DNA of 62,021 nt, filler included, from Globobulimina sp. (Eukaryota), in assembly GCA_003354225.1 (NCBI GenBank). It is 12 parts of 12 records of this genome, joined end to end, with 100 filler letters (N's around TTAATTAATTAA, not from the genome) between each part and the next. Parts side by side here need not be neighbours in the genome. Positions count along the whole stretch, not along the records: positions 46,619 to 51,687 come from PIVH01000744.1; positions 51,788 to 56,854 come from PIVH01000745.1; positions 56,955 to 62,021 come from PIVH01000746.1; 9 more parts are not named here. One strand, written 5' to 3'. Under the pieces are notes generated by a model that worked only from the letters and a program-made list of their open reading frames with translations, was not told where the DNA came from and did not search any database. The number at the start of each line of letters is the position of its first letter. Position 1 is the stretch's first letter. The position numbers and the translations under genes were made by a program. Below are positions 47,917-60,798 of this stretch, piece after piece.

Positions 47917-49733
47917 ATGGCTGCGTTTTCTTGGCTACTTGTTACATCCACTCTATCTCAATTATCACTCAGCCAAAAATACATATTTGTGGACATAGTT
48001 TTGACTATTGACGAAGCAGAAGCATATTGTCAGACCACATATGGTACTGTATATTTTAACCAATTTTCCTACATTCATCTCTGTCATCACAAGGAACTAC
48101 ATTGGCATCAATCCACAGTTCGATAGACCAGAATGACGCAGTCGCTCTCTGCCAACCACAACCTGGCGATAGTCACCAATCCTGCGCCATAGGCCTCAAT
48201 GACAGAAACAATGAACGCTACACTGATCCAACCCTTTGGAGTTGGACTGACGGCGCTCCCTTTGATTATTCCAATTGGCTGGCAGGTGAACCAAATGATT
48301 ATACTGCCAATGGTTTTCCTGGAGAAGATTGCGTTGTGATACAGATGGATACAGATGGAACATGGAATGATTGTCCTTGTGCTGGCCCAGTAGGCCATGA
48401 ATCTGCATATTATGTACGCTTTTTATGTAATTATGGAACATATTTCCCAACATCCAGTCCAACGCTACCTACTGCAAACCCAACACCTCCCTCTGGTATA
48501 TCACTCTATGTTCTATATCTGGTAATTATGTTATACAGCATGTTCTATATAGGAGCACCAACTAAAAATCCGACGCAAAATCCCACTAAAAATCCGACGC
48601 AAAATCCCACTAAAAATCCGACATTAAATCCAAGTACAAATCCAACTCAAAATCACATTGTCACTCCAAATCCATCTCGAAATCCAACCAGAAATCCAAG
48701 CAAAAATCCAACTGAAAATCCCACACAAAGTCCAAGCAAATACCCAACACTTTACCCAACTATAAATCCATCACTTTATCCGTTTGCTGCACCAACTGTT
48801 CGACCAAATGCGTTACCAACCTCAGCTCCTATTGATGCACCGACAGATATTACCGGTACCACACAAAATGGCGGCGGGGGCGATTTAAATAACAGCCAGG
48901 AAAAGGCGTCATTCCTGCCATGGGCCGATGATTTGATGTTATTGTTAGGTTCATCTATATTTGTATTGATAGTCTGTATATTTTGCATGGGTTGTTATTA
49001 TTTTATATCTGGGAGAAAACACGCGAAACAAATGGAAGCTATGGATGGTACGGATTGTATGGATGAAGGCATTGGTGAGTTAGAAACGGGGGCACCGCTG
49101 CCGCCTGAAATAGAAATAGCGTCAGTCAAATCATACAGTGTGACTGATGATAATATGGTACTTATTCGTGCGAAATCAGAGATGAATGCAGTGAATAATA
49201 ATAATTTTGCGTCAAATCAAATGATGAATATGCCAAATATTATGAATCCGATGAATATGAATATGAATAACATGAATATGAATAACATGAATATGAATAT
49301 AAATATGGACAATATGAATAATATGAACAATATGAATAATATGCATGCTATGAATAATAATTATAATATGAATCCAATGATGAACATGTATGGAATGAAT
49401 ATGAATATGATTCAGCAGAATTTTGGAGTACAACCAAATATGGCGCAGTTTTATATGAATCAAATGAACACAGAACAGATTGGAGTAAGTGGCGAAGAGC
49501 CTGGTCATGATGCTGACCATGGACAATTACAAGTAAATGATGCAAATGTTGCAAATAATAACATGCCAAATCTTCCGCCGGTGCCAGATGCCCCAGATAC
49601 TCTAAATGATGATGATGATGATGATGATGAGGAATATGATGAGAATAACAATAAAACTCCCTATGGCATGCCAAGCCTTCCAGCGGTACCACTTTATCCC
49701 AGTGCTGAGACTGATGAATCTTATGATGATTAA
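47917..49733 (+). CDS. C-type lectin type I membrane protein with PTxN stalk and Asn/Met-rich tail; 3 exons
   Basis: AEAYC, LASIHS, IGLND, WSWTDG, GEPND, EDCV, WNDCPC; TM LLLGSSIFVLIVCIFCMGCYYF. Introns 48044-48093 and 48496-48552. Confidence 0.88.
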
Positions 49734-50175
49734 TTGCCAAAAAAACATATTTGTATAGTATTGTTTATTATTTTTCAGATATTTTTTTGAATCACGATTT
49801 TTCAGAGTTTTCACTTTTCAAATGTTGGTTGGTTTATCGTGACTTTTTTCTTTATCATAACGTTTTGCTTTATCATGACGGTTTTTTTTTGTCATGACTT
49901 TTTTTCTTATCATGACTTTTTTTTCCGGATCATGAACTAGTTTAGAATTTAGAAACTGTTCTAAAGTAAACAAATGAATATATCGCACTTATACTGTATA
50001 CCGAACATTTATCTTCGTTTCCAAACCGGGAAGAAATAATGGTTGCTCACCATGGAACTGGCTGGACTCAGGAAGTTCTAGTTACTATTTGTGTATTATG
50101 TGTAATTTCTGGCTGCATTACCACTGCTGGAACGATTAAATTTTCATTTGGTCTGTGTCATCATGGAAAAGAGAC

Positions 50176-50338
50176 ACACTAACTACACACTAACTACACA
50201 CTAACTACACACTAACTACATGGCAGCGTCATTATAAAGTGCCATTCTCGGACCCTAACCAACGTCAACTAGGCGTGGTAGAGATTTGTGTCATTTCTCG
50301 GACCCTAACCAGCGTCATCAGGCGTGGCAGAGATTTGT
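50176..50338. repeat. 11-bp tandem repeat x4 followed by a ~47-bp direct repeat x2
   Basis: ACACTAACTAC x4 (50176-50219), then TTCTCGGACCCTAACCA.CGTCA...AGGCGTGG.AGAGATTTGT twice. Confidence 0.85.
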
Positions 50339-50377
50339 TTGTTGTGGATTGTTATCGGTTTAGTATTTGAAAATCAT

Positions 50378-51404
50378 GACAACTTTTTATGGATTTAATT
50401 ATAATAATATGCGAAACATTGGCATAAATGATACATTTTATCCTCAACAATCTACGGTTGATACAAAAAAATGTGCCAAAGCTGAAGAAATAATTAATTG
50501 TATCAATGGAAATTTTGAGAAATTACTACAAATAGTCATAGGTAGCAATGATTTGTATAAGAAAGAATCGGAAAAAAATAATAAGAATATGATGAATATC
50601 AATAGTAATTTTGATTTTATTTTTAAGTCATTGAAAACATTGAGTTCAAACTTCAATGATCGGAATTTGAGAATGAATGAATTAAAAGAAAAATATCAAT
50701 TAAATATGCTTGAAAAAGTAAAAGAATACATTGGTGAGCAAGTAAATTTATTACGTTTCGATCTATCACTTATTTATGGCGATATTCTAAAATTATTTGA
50801 TGAATTTGCAAATAAAAATAAAAATACAATTTTACAGCCACAACATGACATTAACTCTTTTGAATTGCATGACGATGCTAAACATGAAAGCGAATTGCAG
50901 TTTGAATATGATGTTATGCAAAATTCGCTTATTAGTGGACCTAAAATTGATTTGGAAAACAATAACAGCGGTAATAGCATATCAGTACCACAACAGAATA
51001 AAATTAAAAATAGTAAACAAGAGAGTAAAAATAAGAGGAAAAGAAAAGAAAAGACATCAAAAGATGTCAAAGCAAAGCCACCGGACAAAATTATTGAAAA
51101 ATTTGTGTGTAGCAACGCTTATATTACACCACAATTTAAAAGAACCAGAGCGTCTGAGGATGACCGAGCAGCACAAGAAATATTAGATATTGTTCAAAAT
51201 AATTATAATGGACTTAAAATAACCTGTAAGCGATTTGGAGACTTATCAAGAAAAATCAGCCAATCACTTTTATTAACTTCGTCTGGGAGCATTGGTATTA
51301 AATGGTTAGAGCGAAAAATTAGAACAGTTGCAGGGCAGAGAGTTTATTGGGCGATGTTTGAGAACAATGCACCTAAGAAAAAAAAGTTGAAACAGAAAAA
51401 TTAA
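50378..51404 (+). CDS. Hypothetical intronless coiled-coil/basic protein
   Basis: Open frame of about 340 codons with NLS-like KRKRK and PKKKK. No domain recognised. Confidence 0.5.
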
Positions 51405-51924
51405 CTTTAATATTTTATATATTATTTTCTCTACAATTAAGAGCCTACACAAGCTCTGATTAGTTTGAGTTTTATTATAAGTTTGATGTTGTTTGTTTTT
51501 ATTTGTGTGTATGGGTCAACTTAAGACTATAGATCGTCCTATATTGCTTTTTAGCAATTTATCAACGTGAAAAGGATGTATATAGTTGTTGATTGATGCA
51601 CAAGTGTTTCCAAGTATTATTTAAATTAAAAAAGATTGTCTCCCCCCCTGTCCAAAAAAAAACAACAAAACTATATCTTTGTTGTCANNNNNNNNNNNNN
51701 NNNNNNNNNNNNNNNNNNNNNNNNNNNNNNNTTAATTAATTAANNNNNNNNNNNNNNNNNNNNNNNNNNNNNNNNNNNNNNNNNNNNTTTGAGTTCACTC
51801 TCAGAAAATAGTTAGTTAGCAGTAGTCTAATGGTTTGGATTGGGTCAAGCAAGATTGTGTAAGGTAAACCGTAGATTGCTTATTGTTACACTCACAAGCA
51901 CTCATTTGATTTATTGTAGACTAC

Positions 51925-52190
51925 TTATAGTAGTATCGACCTGATCTTATTTGTATTTCTTACATATTTTATCAATGTCAGCCAAATTAAATGACTCTTT
52001 CTTTCGTCTTCGTCTTTGTTTTTGTAGGGAAATATAACGTGTTTAATGTTCATAAAATAATTATTTACTGTGAATCTCCGATCAATTTTTGTCAGTTTGT
52101 TTCGCATAATTGTTCGTTGTGCTGTAAATGACTCACATTTGAAAATAAAATGTTTGATGTCCTCAATTTCTCCCATTGTACATGTGGTTC
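51925..52190 (-). mobile_element. Relic of a non-LTR retrotransposon ORF2 C-terminus
   Basis: CTMGEIEDIKHFIFKCESFTAQR resembles the C-x-x-x-G-x-x-E-[TD]-x-x-H-x-x-x-x-C-x-x-x-x-x-x-R zinc-binding tail of LINE-type RTs. No RT core seen. Confidence 0.5.
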
Positions 52191-53016
52191 TGTCTCTGTC
52201 TCTGTGTGGTTCTGTCTCTGGAATGTGTTGGTATTTCCATGGTTCAGTGGATTGTTGGGTAAGTCATTGGTGTGTTGCTCGGCTAAATCGGTGCTGAAAT
52301 AATCTGATAAATCGTTGGTTGAATTGGTGGTTTCTTTGTTGGTAAAATAGTTGGATAATTGGTTGGGTAAATCGATGGATTTATTGTTGGTAGAATTGTT
52401 GGGTAGATTGGTGGGTGCATTATTGGTGAAATTGTTGGATAAATTGGTGGGTTCATTGTCAGTGTTGGATAAATCGTTGGATAAATCGGTTCTGTATTTT
52501 CTGCTCAGTGTGGTGCTGGTTCTGTCGTTGGATCGTATTTGTATTGCCATGTGACAGTAATCGATTCTGGTCTGATGTTGGGATGAGTGTTGGGATAAAT
52601 GTTGGAAATGTTGTGTAATCTATCGTTAAAATTGTCAGGATAAATGTTGGAATAAATATTGAATTGAATGTTGGAACAGATGTCGGAACTGGTGTAGAAA
52701 TGTGTGTTGGATCCTCTGCCATAAATGGTATGGAATTTGTCGACAAGGGTAAGATTAAGCTCCTTGGTACAGTCACCATCCATTCCATATATTTCAAACA
52801 TAATCCATTCTGGCCCGTGCGAGAGACAGGATCTAATGGTACCTCCTCTCTGAGGGACGTAGGATCCAATACTGACACATATTTCATGGGAATTGGCTTG
52901 TGATTAATCACCAAGTACGCCTGAGCATCGAACCAATCGAACCAATTCTGATTTATGACTGAGCCGTTCCCCAATAGCAACAGTCCCTGCCTCTTCGCAT
53001 CGATAAAATCTTTCAT
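52190..53016 (-). pseudogene. Decayed Pro/Thr-repeat coding sequence
   Basis: PTxxPT repeats (PIYPTIYPT, TFPTFIPTLIPT) switch frame and are interrupted by stop codons. Confidence 0.45.
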
Positions 53017-55129
53017 TTTTTGTTCGCGATTCGCTCATTGTTCAGTCTATTCCGTATAATATATATTTCAGGACTCCATAGTGCGGGACTTAAAACATCA
53101 CAAAATGGTTCTTAGGTCTGTTCAATAGATTCGATTCGTTTTGTATTAATATCTCTTTCAGTCCCTGTGGGATTTCCACACTCTCCGTACTCTCATCGAC
53201 ATTTGCTGAATCAAAAACCATCAAAAAAATGCGTTTCTCATCGGCGTCTGTAGGTACTCTGTTTCTGATTCATTGTATTTGTTTAATATTAACCATCTGT
53301 CTTTGGATCCCTGAGCGAGTCTAAGACTCTCATCCTTTGTTCCTCAATACTTTGTAGTTTCAAATGTGTGGGTGTGTGTTCTTTTTTGGAAGTCATTCGG
53401 GATTTGGAATTCATTCTCGTGTGCTGAAACAGTGTCATTGAGTAATAAAACTTTGTTCGTCCAATACTCACTCGGTACCGGAGCTGAGTAATCCCATTTA
53501 TTATCAAATATGCGCTCCAATTCCTCGATCGCGTCCTCCAAATCCCTCGGAGGCTCATAGCTCTGATGATTGTCGGGCTTTGAATGTTTATTCGTCTGTT
53601 CTTGCAGGTTCAGAAATGACACCTAACGTGAGGATGGTTTTTGGGTTGTGTCTTTGCCATTGGGGTCTATCTCATTTCGTTTGGAATTGTCGGCTTTGTT
53701 CGGACTTTTATTTTTATTTTTCGTTTTTCGTTTGTTTCTATCGGTCCCTTTGGGTAAACAGCCCAATATTTTCAGCAGGGCATCCTTCGAATATCTCTTC
53801 TTTAATTCAATGATCGTCTGTTCGGTGTTGGTTATCTCAATATTGAGTGCAGCCACTTCCCTTCCGGTCTTATCATCATATTTCAGTATCGATTTCTGTG
53901 GATAGTGTCAGTCTAGCTTTTGATGACATTTCAAATTCTTGATCGAAGTGTTTCTGTGGGTATGATTCTTTCTGACAATTGGGTATTTCTGACAATGAAT
54001 TCATGGTTTCATTGTATTGTTTATTCCATTAATGCCCACTCTTTCTGTCATCAGGGGTTTCAGAGTAATAGCACCAATAATAATAACTCAAATTTTAGCT
54101 GGGAAACTCTTTGAATAATTCGGACAATAATGGATGTAAATATTTCTTCCATTGCAATTTTGATTCATATTTTTTTATGCCATCCAAGCAATGATGAACA
54201 ATGAACTGTCCAAAAATGTCAATCTTTGGACACAGCAGAAATCGCCAATTGGTTACATACATTCCCTCATTCACGCAACAGTGCATTGATGGCAGTATTT
54301 TATTGAATGATATCGCGTATGACAATCTCATTCCCTCTTTCTCACCGCAGACAATTGAGTTCTTTTCTAACCAGATTAGATCCTTATTTTTACGATATTC
54401 ATTGTTTATAATGAGAGATTTTGTCCGTTTGTGATTTATATAGGTTTTGGACATTGGATGGTAGTCATCGCTGTGGTATATGCGCGCCAATTGCCGTAGA
54501 ATTAGATAATTATATCGTATTTCCATTGGTTCAATGTACGCAAACATTTGAGTTTGATCCATTGGGGCATCCAATCGTGATGGTATAATTAGGCGTAGGA
54601 ATTTATTTTGTGCCTTACATTGTACACTTATGAGCGTCAAATGACTGAGACTGAAAGGACTGATGAGATTCGCAATGCAATTACAAACCACACTGAACAA
54701 GAGATAATCAAGAAACAAATCGGAAAATGGAATGAAATTACTCAGAGATATCCATATTTTGGTATTGACTATGAGGACGGATTTGAGAATGAATATCAAA
54801 GGATGCTACGTAAGTGTCACAAAACTTAGTCGCAAAGATAACCATAATTTACATATACAGTAGTTTGCATTGCTGATGCCATGCAAAACGAAAAAGTTTT
54901 TTGAATTGTCCATGTCTGCCCTTTCCGATGTTTAAACCGGAATTTCATCTCAAAATTTAACTTTATAATATAATGACAGATTAATTCAAACAAAATTTAT
55001 AATTAAATCAAGGTTTCCAAAAGATGATGCTCTAAAGCCATTGATTGCACAATGCTTATTTCTCGAAATTAACATTAATTCGTCAATCAGATATAGCTTG
55101 ATTCCAGTTGTTGTTTAATCTGCACCTAA

Positions 55130-55371
55130 TAGAGATTGTGTTTTTAACTGCATTGAAAGGAAATTCAGTAAATCACCAAGAATTCTTTCGTATGCACTTC
55201 GAAATGTTGGTTTTTCTTTAGTCTACCACTCTCCTGGCAACAGTTTGGAATTCGTTTGCCCACATTTCACAGTGGTAGACTAAAGAAAAACCAACATTTC
55301 GAAGTGTAGACGAAAGAATTCTTGGTGATTTACTGAATTTCCTTCCAATGCAGTTAAATGCACAATCTCTA
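55130..55371. repeat. Long inverted repeat: 101-bp arms, 40-nt loop
   Basis: 55130-55230 is the reverse complement of 55271-55371 with about 5 mismatches. Both outer ends are TA. Confidence 0.92.
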
Positions 55372-56026
55372 ATCCCACGTCGTGTATGCCAGCTAGGTTC
55401 ACCAATTCCGTAGTTTCCATCAGAAACATTTGCTAATCTTGAATATATGGTTGATATAAATGTGACTGATAATACACCAATAACAAATACCTTGAAATAA
55501 CTGCAAAATGGATAACATATTAATTTCATTGTTGTTGAGCATTATCAACACTGCAAAGTTTTACTCACTAGGAAGGTTTCCGGTGCGGATATTTTATCAC
55601 TCTAAATTTTTGAGCAGATTTGGAATTCGACAGACGACATTCACTGGGAAAAAGGTAAGATTAAATTTAAATTTGATTCATTGATCAAACACTGTAGAAA
55701 TATCATATCACGATTGCCACATATAAAAATTAAACAGGGATGGTTTGATACTGGCGTTTTTCAGCAACATTGATGGGTGCAAAAGCCTCAGATAAAATCC
55801 ATAGATTCCACGAAGACCAAATGACGAACTGTCCACAATAGTACAATCCGTCAGGCACACTCGCTTTGAGATTCCAATACACAACACAGGCAAATTAATA
55901 ATCCACCACGAATATAATGGCGAATATCTATTCAAAAGTGTGTATGTTTGTGACTTTCAATGTATTTCCGACATTCCAAAAAGAGAAATATACCTTTTAT
56001 GTGTCCCGATTTGTATGGTTTGATTA

Positions 56027-56683
56027 TCATTGGTATACGCAATAAATAATGAGATGAGAATAGAGGCCAATGCCATGAATACAGACATAATAAAACATTC
56101 GATATGCCTTACTTTCACTGTCGTAATAGAAATGAACGTGCAAAATCTGAGAAATAATGGCCAAAGTATTGCAAAATATCAAATAAAATAAACGAAAACG
56201 ATCTGATTCGAACCACGATTTGATTTTGACTCGCCATTGCATCTGTTGATAAATATCAGTGGAATTGAGTATAAAATCATGAAGAAATTGGGTCAGATTT
56301 AATATGAAATTGCTGTACCAACACTCGTGAAATAAACTTTTCGATTGCTCGTAATCTGAGCAATCTGTGTCAATATTGATCATAAAAAATGCCAAATCAC
56401 CAATACAGATCATGAAAATGCACACAAAATACGCTCTGTCATATTTTCTTGAGTCAGTCTCGTTCAATGAGGCTGTGAATAATGTCAAATGAATAATACA
56501 GCCAATCAGAAACACGGGGAACATTAACACTAACGCCAACATCAATGTCAGACTTATAAATACGTCCATATCCTTGCCAAACATAAATTCTATTAAAAAC
56601 GACATTGTTTCAGTGAAGTAAGTTTTTTTTTTCCACTTGCAAACATTAAAAGATGTATTTGACATTTCGGTTTGAATACTCAA
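56027..56683 (-). CDS. Hypothetical multi-TM protein or fragment
   Basis: About 200-aa ORF with four hydrophobic segments. Confidence 0.4.
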   Translation of the reverse strand: MSIQTEMSNTSFNVCKWKKKTYFTETMSFLIEFMFGKDMDVFISLTLMLALVLMFPVFLIGCIIHLTLFTASLNETDSRKYDRAYFVCIFMICIGDLAFFMINIDTDCSDYEQSKSLFHECWYSNFILNLTQFLHDFILNSTDIYQQMQWRVKIKSWFESDRFRLFYLIFCNTLAIISQILHVHFYYDSESKAYRMFYYVCIHGIGLYSHLIIYCVYQ

Positions 56684-56954
56684 GTGTCATTATATTCATT
56701 TTTCTCTAGGCACTTCTAATCTAATCTGCAAATTACGGGCTAATAAATCGATAAATGCACAAAAGTCATTTTAGGATGACTTGTTGCTATCCCGATGCAC
56801 TTTTATAGGAAAAGTGCAAACTACGGGTCAAAACTGCAATTTGCAGATTATAGANNNNNNNNNNNNNNNNNNNNNNNNNNNNNNNNNNNNNNNNNNNNTT
56901 AATTAATTAANNNNNNNNNNNNNNNNNNNNNNNNNNNNNNNNNNNNNNNNNNNN

Positions 56955-57073
56955 CATTTTTTTCAATTGTTTGATTTGATAAATATTTATCATATATGCT
57001 CTGTGCAAATATTATTGATTTCTTATATATTTCACCAAAGAACATATTCTCATATGTACAATACACATTTATT
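56955..57073. repeat. 119-bp terminal direct repeat of the last contig (identical to 61903-62021)
   Basis: CATTTTTTTCAATTG...ATACACATTTATT occurs at both ends of the contig. Confidence 0.95.
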
Positions 57074-57342
57074 TCTGGCAATATAATAATTTTATTTGTA
57101 TCATATAAAGATAACAAAATCAATTTATTTCCATTTTTATTCATAGTGAAATTTTTAATGAAATCTGAACTTAATAAAAAATCTTTTGGCTGGTCATATT
57201 TTGATATAATTGATAGAAAAATGATAGAATTCATAACGTAACTCTAGTGACGTTACGAAAATATCTTTGGTGACGTTATCGACTAGTCTACCACGTTGCG
57301 AGGGAAGCCCTACTCGGAGCTAGCAAAAAACTTAGTTTGCTG

Positions 57343-58359
57343 ATGACTTATTACAACTACGTTTTGTTGGTTTTGATGATTATTATATGTTTTCTCGTCA
57401 TAAATATCACACATCGAGATCATACACGTCCATATACATCAACACTAAAACATTATAGGCATGACACAAAGACAGATTTATTAATTTCTTGGATGCGACA
57501 GAATTTTTTGGATGATCCATTTCATCGAATATATATAAGTGACAAATGTAAATATATATATTTTACCACTTATAAAACTGCTTCGTACACAACCCGGAAA
57601 ATGATAGATATCAAACAATGTGGTTTCGGTAAAAACATTGTTCAGAATCCTAAATATTGGAAATCGTGCGGCGATCATGAATGTACAGAGACAGATTACG
57701 TAAAAATATTATCTTCACAATATTTTAAGATGATATTTACAAGAAATCCAATCGATCGCTTTGAATCAGTGTATAATTACATGTATCATAAAAACATTAA
57801 AAATATTTTGTTGGATAACTTAAAAAACGAAATAAAACTGAACATGTACAATATATCAGATGAGGAATTAAAATATTTTCAGTTTATTGAATATTATTAT
57901 AATTGCACCGTCACTTACACCTTAAACAAACTTTGGTTGATGTTGCGAAGACATTTGCAACCGATTATAAACTATTCGTGTCTCAAATATGTAACAAATG
58001 AAAGTGATATTACGTGCGTAATGCCATCATTTGTTGGGAAAATGGAGCAGTTACGGCATGAAATGGAATGGATTGCTACAAATAATAAACTGGGCAATGA
58101 TGTTATTAATGTAAGCATTGATGAATCCATATATAATTCAAGTCATCCCACAGCAACAATCATTAAACACGGAGTGACGTTTAAACATAAAAATGCAGTG
58201 CTGATTCTTTGTAAATTATATTGGATTGATTTCCATTGTGGTGATTATGAACTGCCATTAGTCTGTAAACAGGAGAATGACAACACATGGCATTTTCAGG
58301 AAAGTTGTATGGATTTGAATGGAAAAATGCAACAATGGCCCAACAAACACTCAAATTAA
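57343..58359 (+). CDS. Golgi-type sulfotransferase (Sulfotransfer_2 / CHST-like)
   Basis: N-terminal TM, 5'-PSB-like YFTTYKTASYT, 3'-PB FTRNPIDRFESVY, FVGKME and LYWIDF. Confidence 0.85.
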   Translation: MTYYNYVLLVLMIIICFLVINITHRDHTRPYTSTLKHYRHDTKTDLLISWMRQNFLDDPFHRIYISDKCKYIYFTTYKTASYTTRKMIDIKQCGFGKNIVQNPKYWKSCGDHECTETDYVKILSSQYFKMIFTRNPIDRFESVYNYMYHKNIKNILLDNLKNEIKLNMYNISDEELKYFQFIEYYYNCTVTYTLNKLWLMLRRHLQPIINYSCLKYVTNESDITCVMPSFVGKMEQLRHEMEWIATNNKLGNDVINVSIDESIYNSSHPTATIIKHGVTFKHKNAVLILCKLYWIDFHCGDYELPLVCKQENDNTWHFQESCMDLNGKMQQWPNKHSN

Positions 58360-58497
58360 CATCAATATTTATAGTATGCGCAGAAACTAACGTACCCATC
58401 TCCTTTGGTAAATATTTTCCAAATTAAGAATGTTTTGCTAAATAAAAAAACTCCACTAAATCAACTCATGCAGTCCACAAGTCAATGTCACCAATAA

Positions 58498-60621
58498 ATG
58501 GCAGACTTCGCATTCCCATTTTATGAGTCAGTGTATTGGGCGTTAATTTTCGTAGCCTATGTTATATGGCCGGTAATAAACAATTATTGCTGTGCTCGAA
58601 GGATAAGCATTGAAGCCAGAAAATGCGCACAATATGAGGTGAAACAAGAAAATGAATTTGAACAAGATAGCAATATCGAATTCGATCCACAATACAACAT
58701 AAATGGTATAGATTGGAATGAATTATATGTAATTATTTGCGATGAAGCAAAATCAATGAAAGTTCAGAGAATAATTAATGAAAAGCTCGATTTAACAAAC
58801 ATTGAAAAATATAATTTTCCATCCAACATTTTAAAATTCATTGCTTTGGTTCAAAAACAAGTGGACAGAGCAATGGCTGTTCATAATGCCTGCAATGACG
58901 ATTCTGGCTGGATCCTACAGACAGATTCGGATAATATTTGCATTAAATACAAAAAAGAAGAAGGGACTCCACTTCATGCCATACGGTCAGATTTTATCTG
59001 CCAATGCAATGTCGTTGATTTCATTGCTGTGCTAAATGAGTTTGACTTATTTGGCGAACTCATGAAATTCATGAAAATTGAAACAGAAATGATTGCGGAG
59101 TTCACCAACAGCGACAAGGTACATTTTAAATTGATACATATACATATTTGAGACAACTTTGTTGTGCTTTGTTAGGTGGTTTACATGCATGTGAATATGT
59201 GGTGGCCGCTAAAAAACCGTGACTATGTTTTGCATGTCGGAGCTTGCGACGCCTCCGCTGAAATGGACGAAGTTATTGTATGGGCCAACTCGCCCAAAAA
59301 TGACCAAATTAGCGGGCATCCACAGGTTCATATTAAGTCTGAGGCAGAATGCAAAACAGTGCGCGTTGATATTACTCGATTGGAGATTTGCTGCAAACCC
59401 ATTCAGTTTGGAATAAAAAATGAAAAAGATATCTCTCGATTTGTTATGATTTCAGTGATTGATTTTAAAAGTTTCGTGCCGCTCAAAATTATAAATTGGT
59501 TCACGCGAACATTTCAATATTCGCTGGTTAAGTTTTTAAGAGCGCGTTGTGAGAATTTACAAGGGACCAAACACGAAACACGCATTAAAACAAAAGCAAT
59601 TTACAGGAAATGGACCGCGACAATGTTTGAATGGCAAAAGAAAAAACTATCACAGAAAAATAAAACTAAATCATGCAATAAAGTATCGTTTGAAGAACAG
59701 CTGGAAATGATTGATGCGGCGGTTTTGTTTCCGCATATTGGCTGTACATATTTTGAAAGTGAGAATTATTTAAAATTGATTCCAATGAATGATCCGCTAT
59801 GGATTGAAAGCGAATTGTTGGACATTGATGATGTCAAAGAATATGATTGTACGCATTTGGATGCATTCGAACCACCTGAGTTTGGCGCAGATATTCCATA
59901 TTTAAATACGATAATTGATGCATTGGATTTATTTAAAAAATGGAGGAATATGCAATGGAAACCGTTACGGCAAAAAAATGTGAATGCATATTATATGTCG
60001 ATAGCAAATGAAGCGATATCGGCAGTAAAAAGTGAAATGAGTTTACCATATTCTGTACCGATTATTTGTGGCATAGTTATGAATGATGCTCATTTACCTC
60101 AATACAATGTAACTTATAAAGGTGGCACAATCAAACAAATCCAGAATTTAACTACATTTGCTTCCATTGTTTATCTGTATTTAGTGGCTCCGATTCCATT
60201 CATATCAGCCAGGGATATGTTGGTTGTTCGCTTTATTTATATATTGCCACATTGCGAAGTTATTTTTTGTGAGAAAAGTATGGCGAAACCAGTCCATCCA
60301 AAAGATACAGCATTAAATAATAAAAAAATTGTTCGCGGCGATGTAACATTGAATCTCTGGCACATTCGACCTGATTATAATTCAAGTGATAAACATAAAA
60401 ATTCATTGGTGACCGTTTATTCCCATGGGAGAGCCAATGGATCTCTTCCTGGCTGGCTCATTGATCAAAAGGTTGGCGATCAGGCACAAACCTTATATAA
60501 AATGAAAAAATATATTCAAAGCATACAGAATACATTGCATAAACCGGGGGTATTACATATTCCATTTCCTTTGTTACAATCAATGAAAATATTTAATAAT
60601 GCAACGAATGAAAAGATTTAA
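58498..60621 (+). CDS. Membrane-anchored protein with two START (lipid-transfer) domains; 2 exons
   Basis: 57-nt intron 59119-59175; N-terminal TM; WWPLKNRDYV and PLKIINW (START1); PIPFISARDML and GSLPGWLID (START2). Confidence 0.82.
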
Positions 60622-60798
60622 TAATTTGTTTTGGATATTTTTTTTTATTTGAAATAATAAACAGAATATTCAGATGTTTATAGATACTTCGCAAATATTA
60701 GGACTTTTAAAGAAAAGGGTGATGTTGTTACTGTGTCTTGTGACTGTTCTGATGTTTGACTAAGTTTAAAGTGAAAACATAAAACAATTTTGCTTACC

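Noticed and set aside
48496-48552. Extra TM helix in the lectin ORF (ISLYVLYLVIMLYSMFYI)
   Set aside because: It coincides with an in-frame 57-nt GT-AG segment of typical intron size that interrupts the PT stalk.
49212-49814. His/Ile-rich minus-strand ORFs
   Set aside because: They are antisense read-outs of the Asn/Met and Asp tracts of the lectin gene.
54095-54829. Overlapping ORFs on both strands
   Set aside because: The coding strand could not be determined and no motif was recognised.
626-57288. ACTAGT palindrome seen in many intergenic regions
   Set aside because: The roughly ten copies noticed do not exceed chance expectation for this AT-rich composition; enrichment cannot be claimed without a count.
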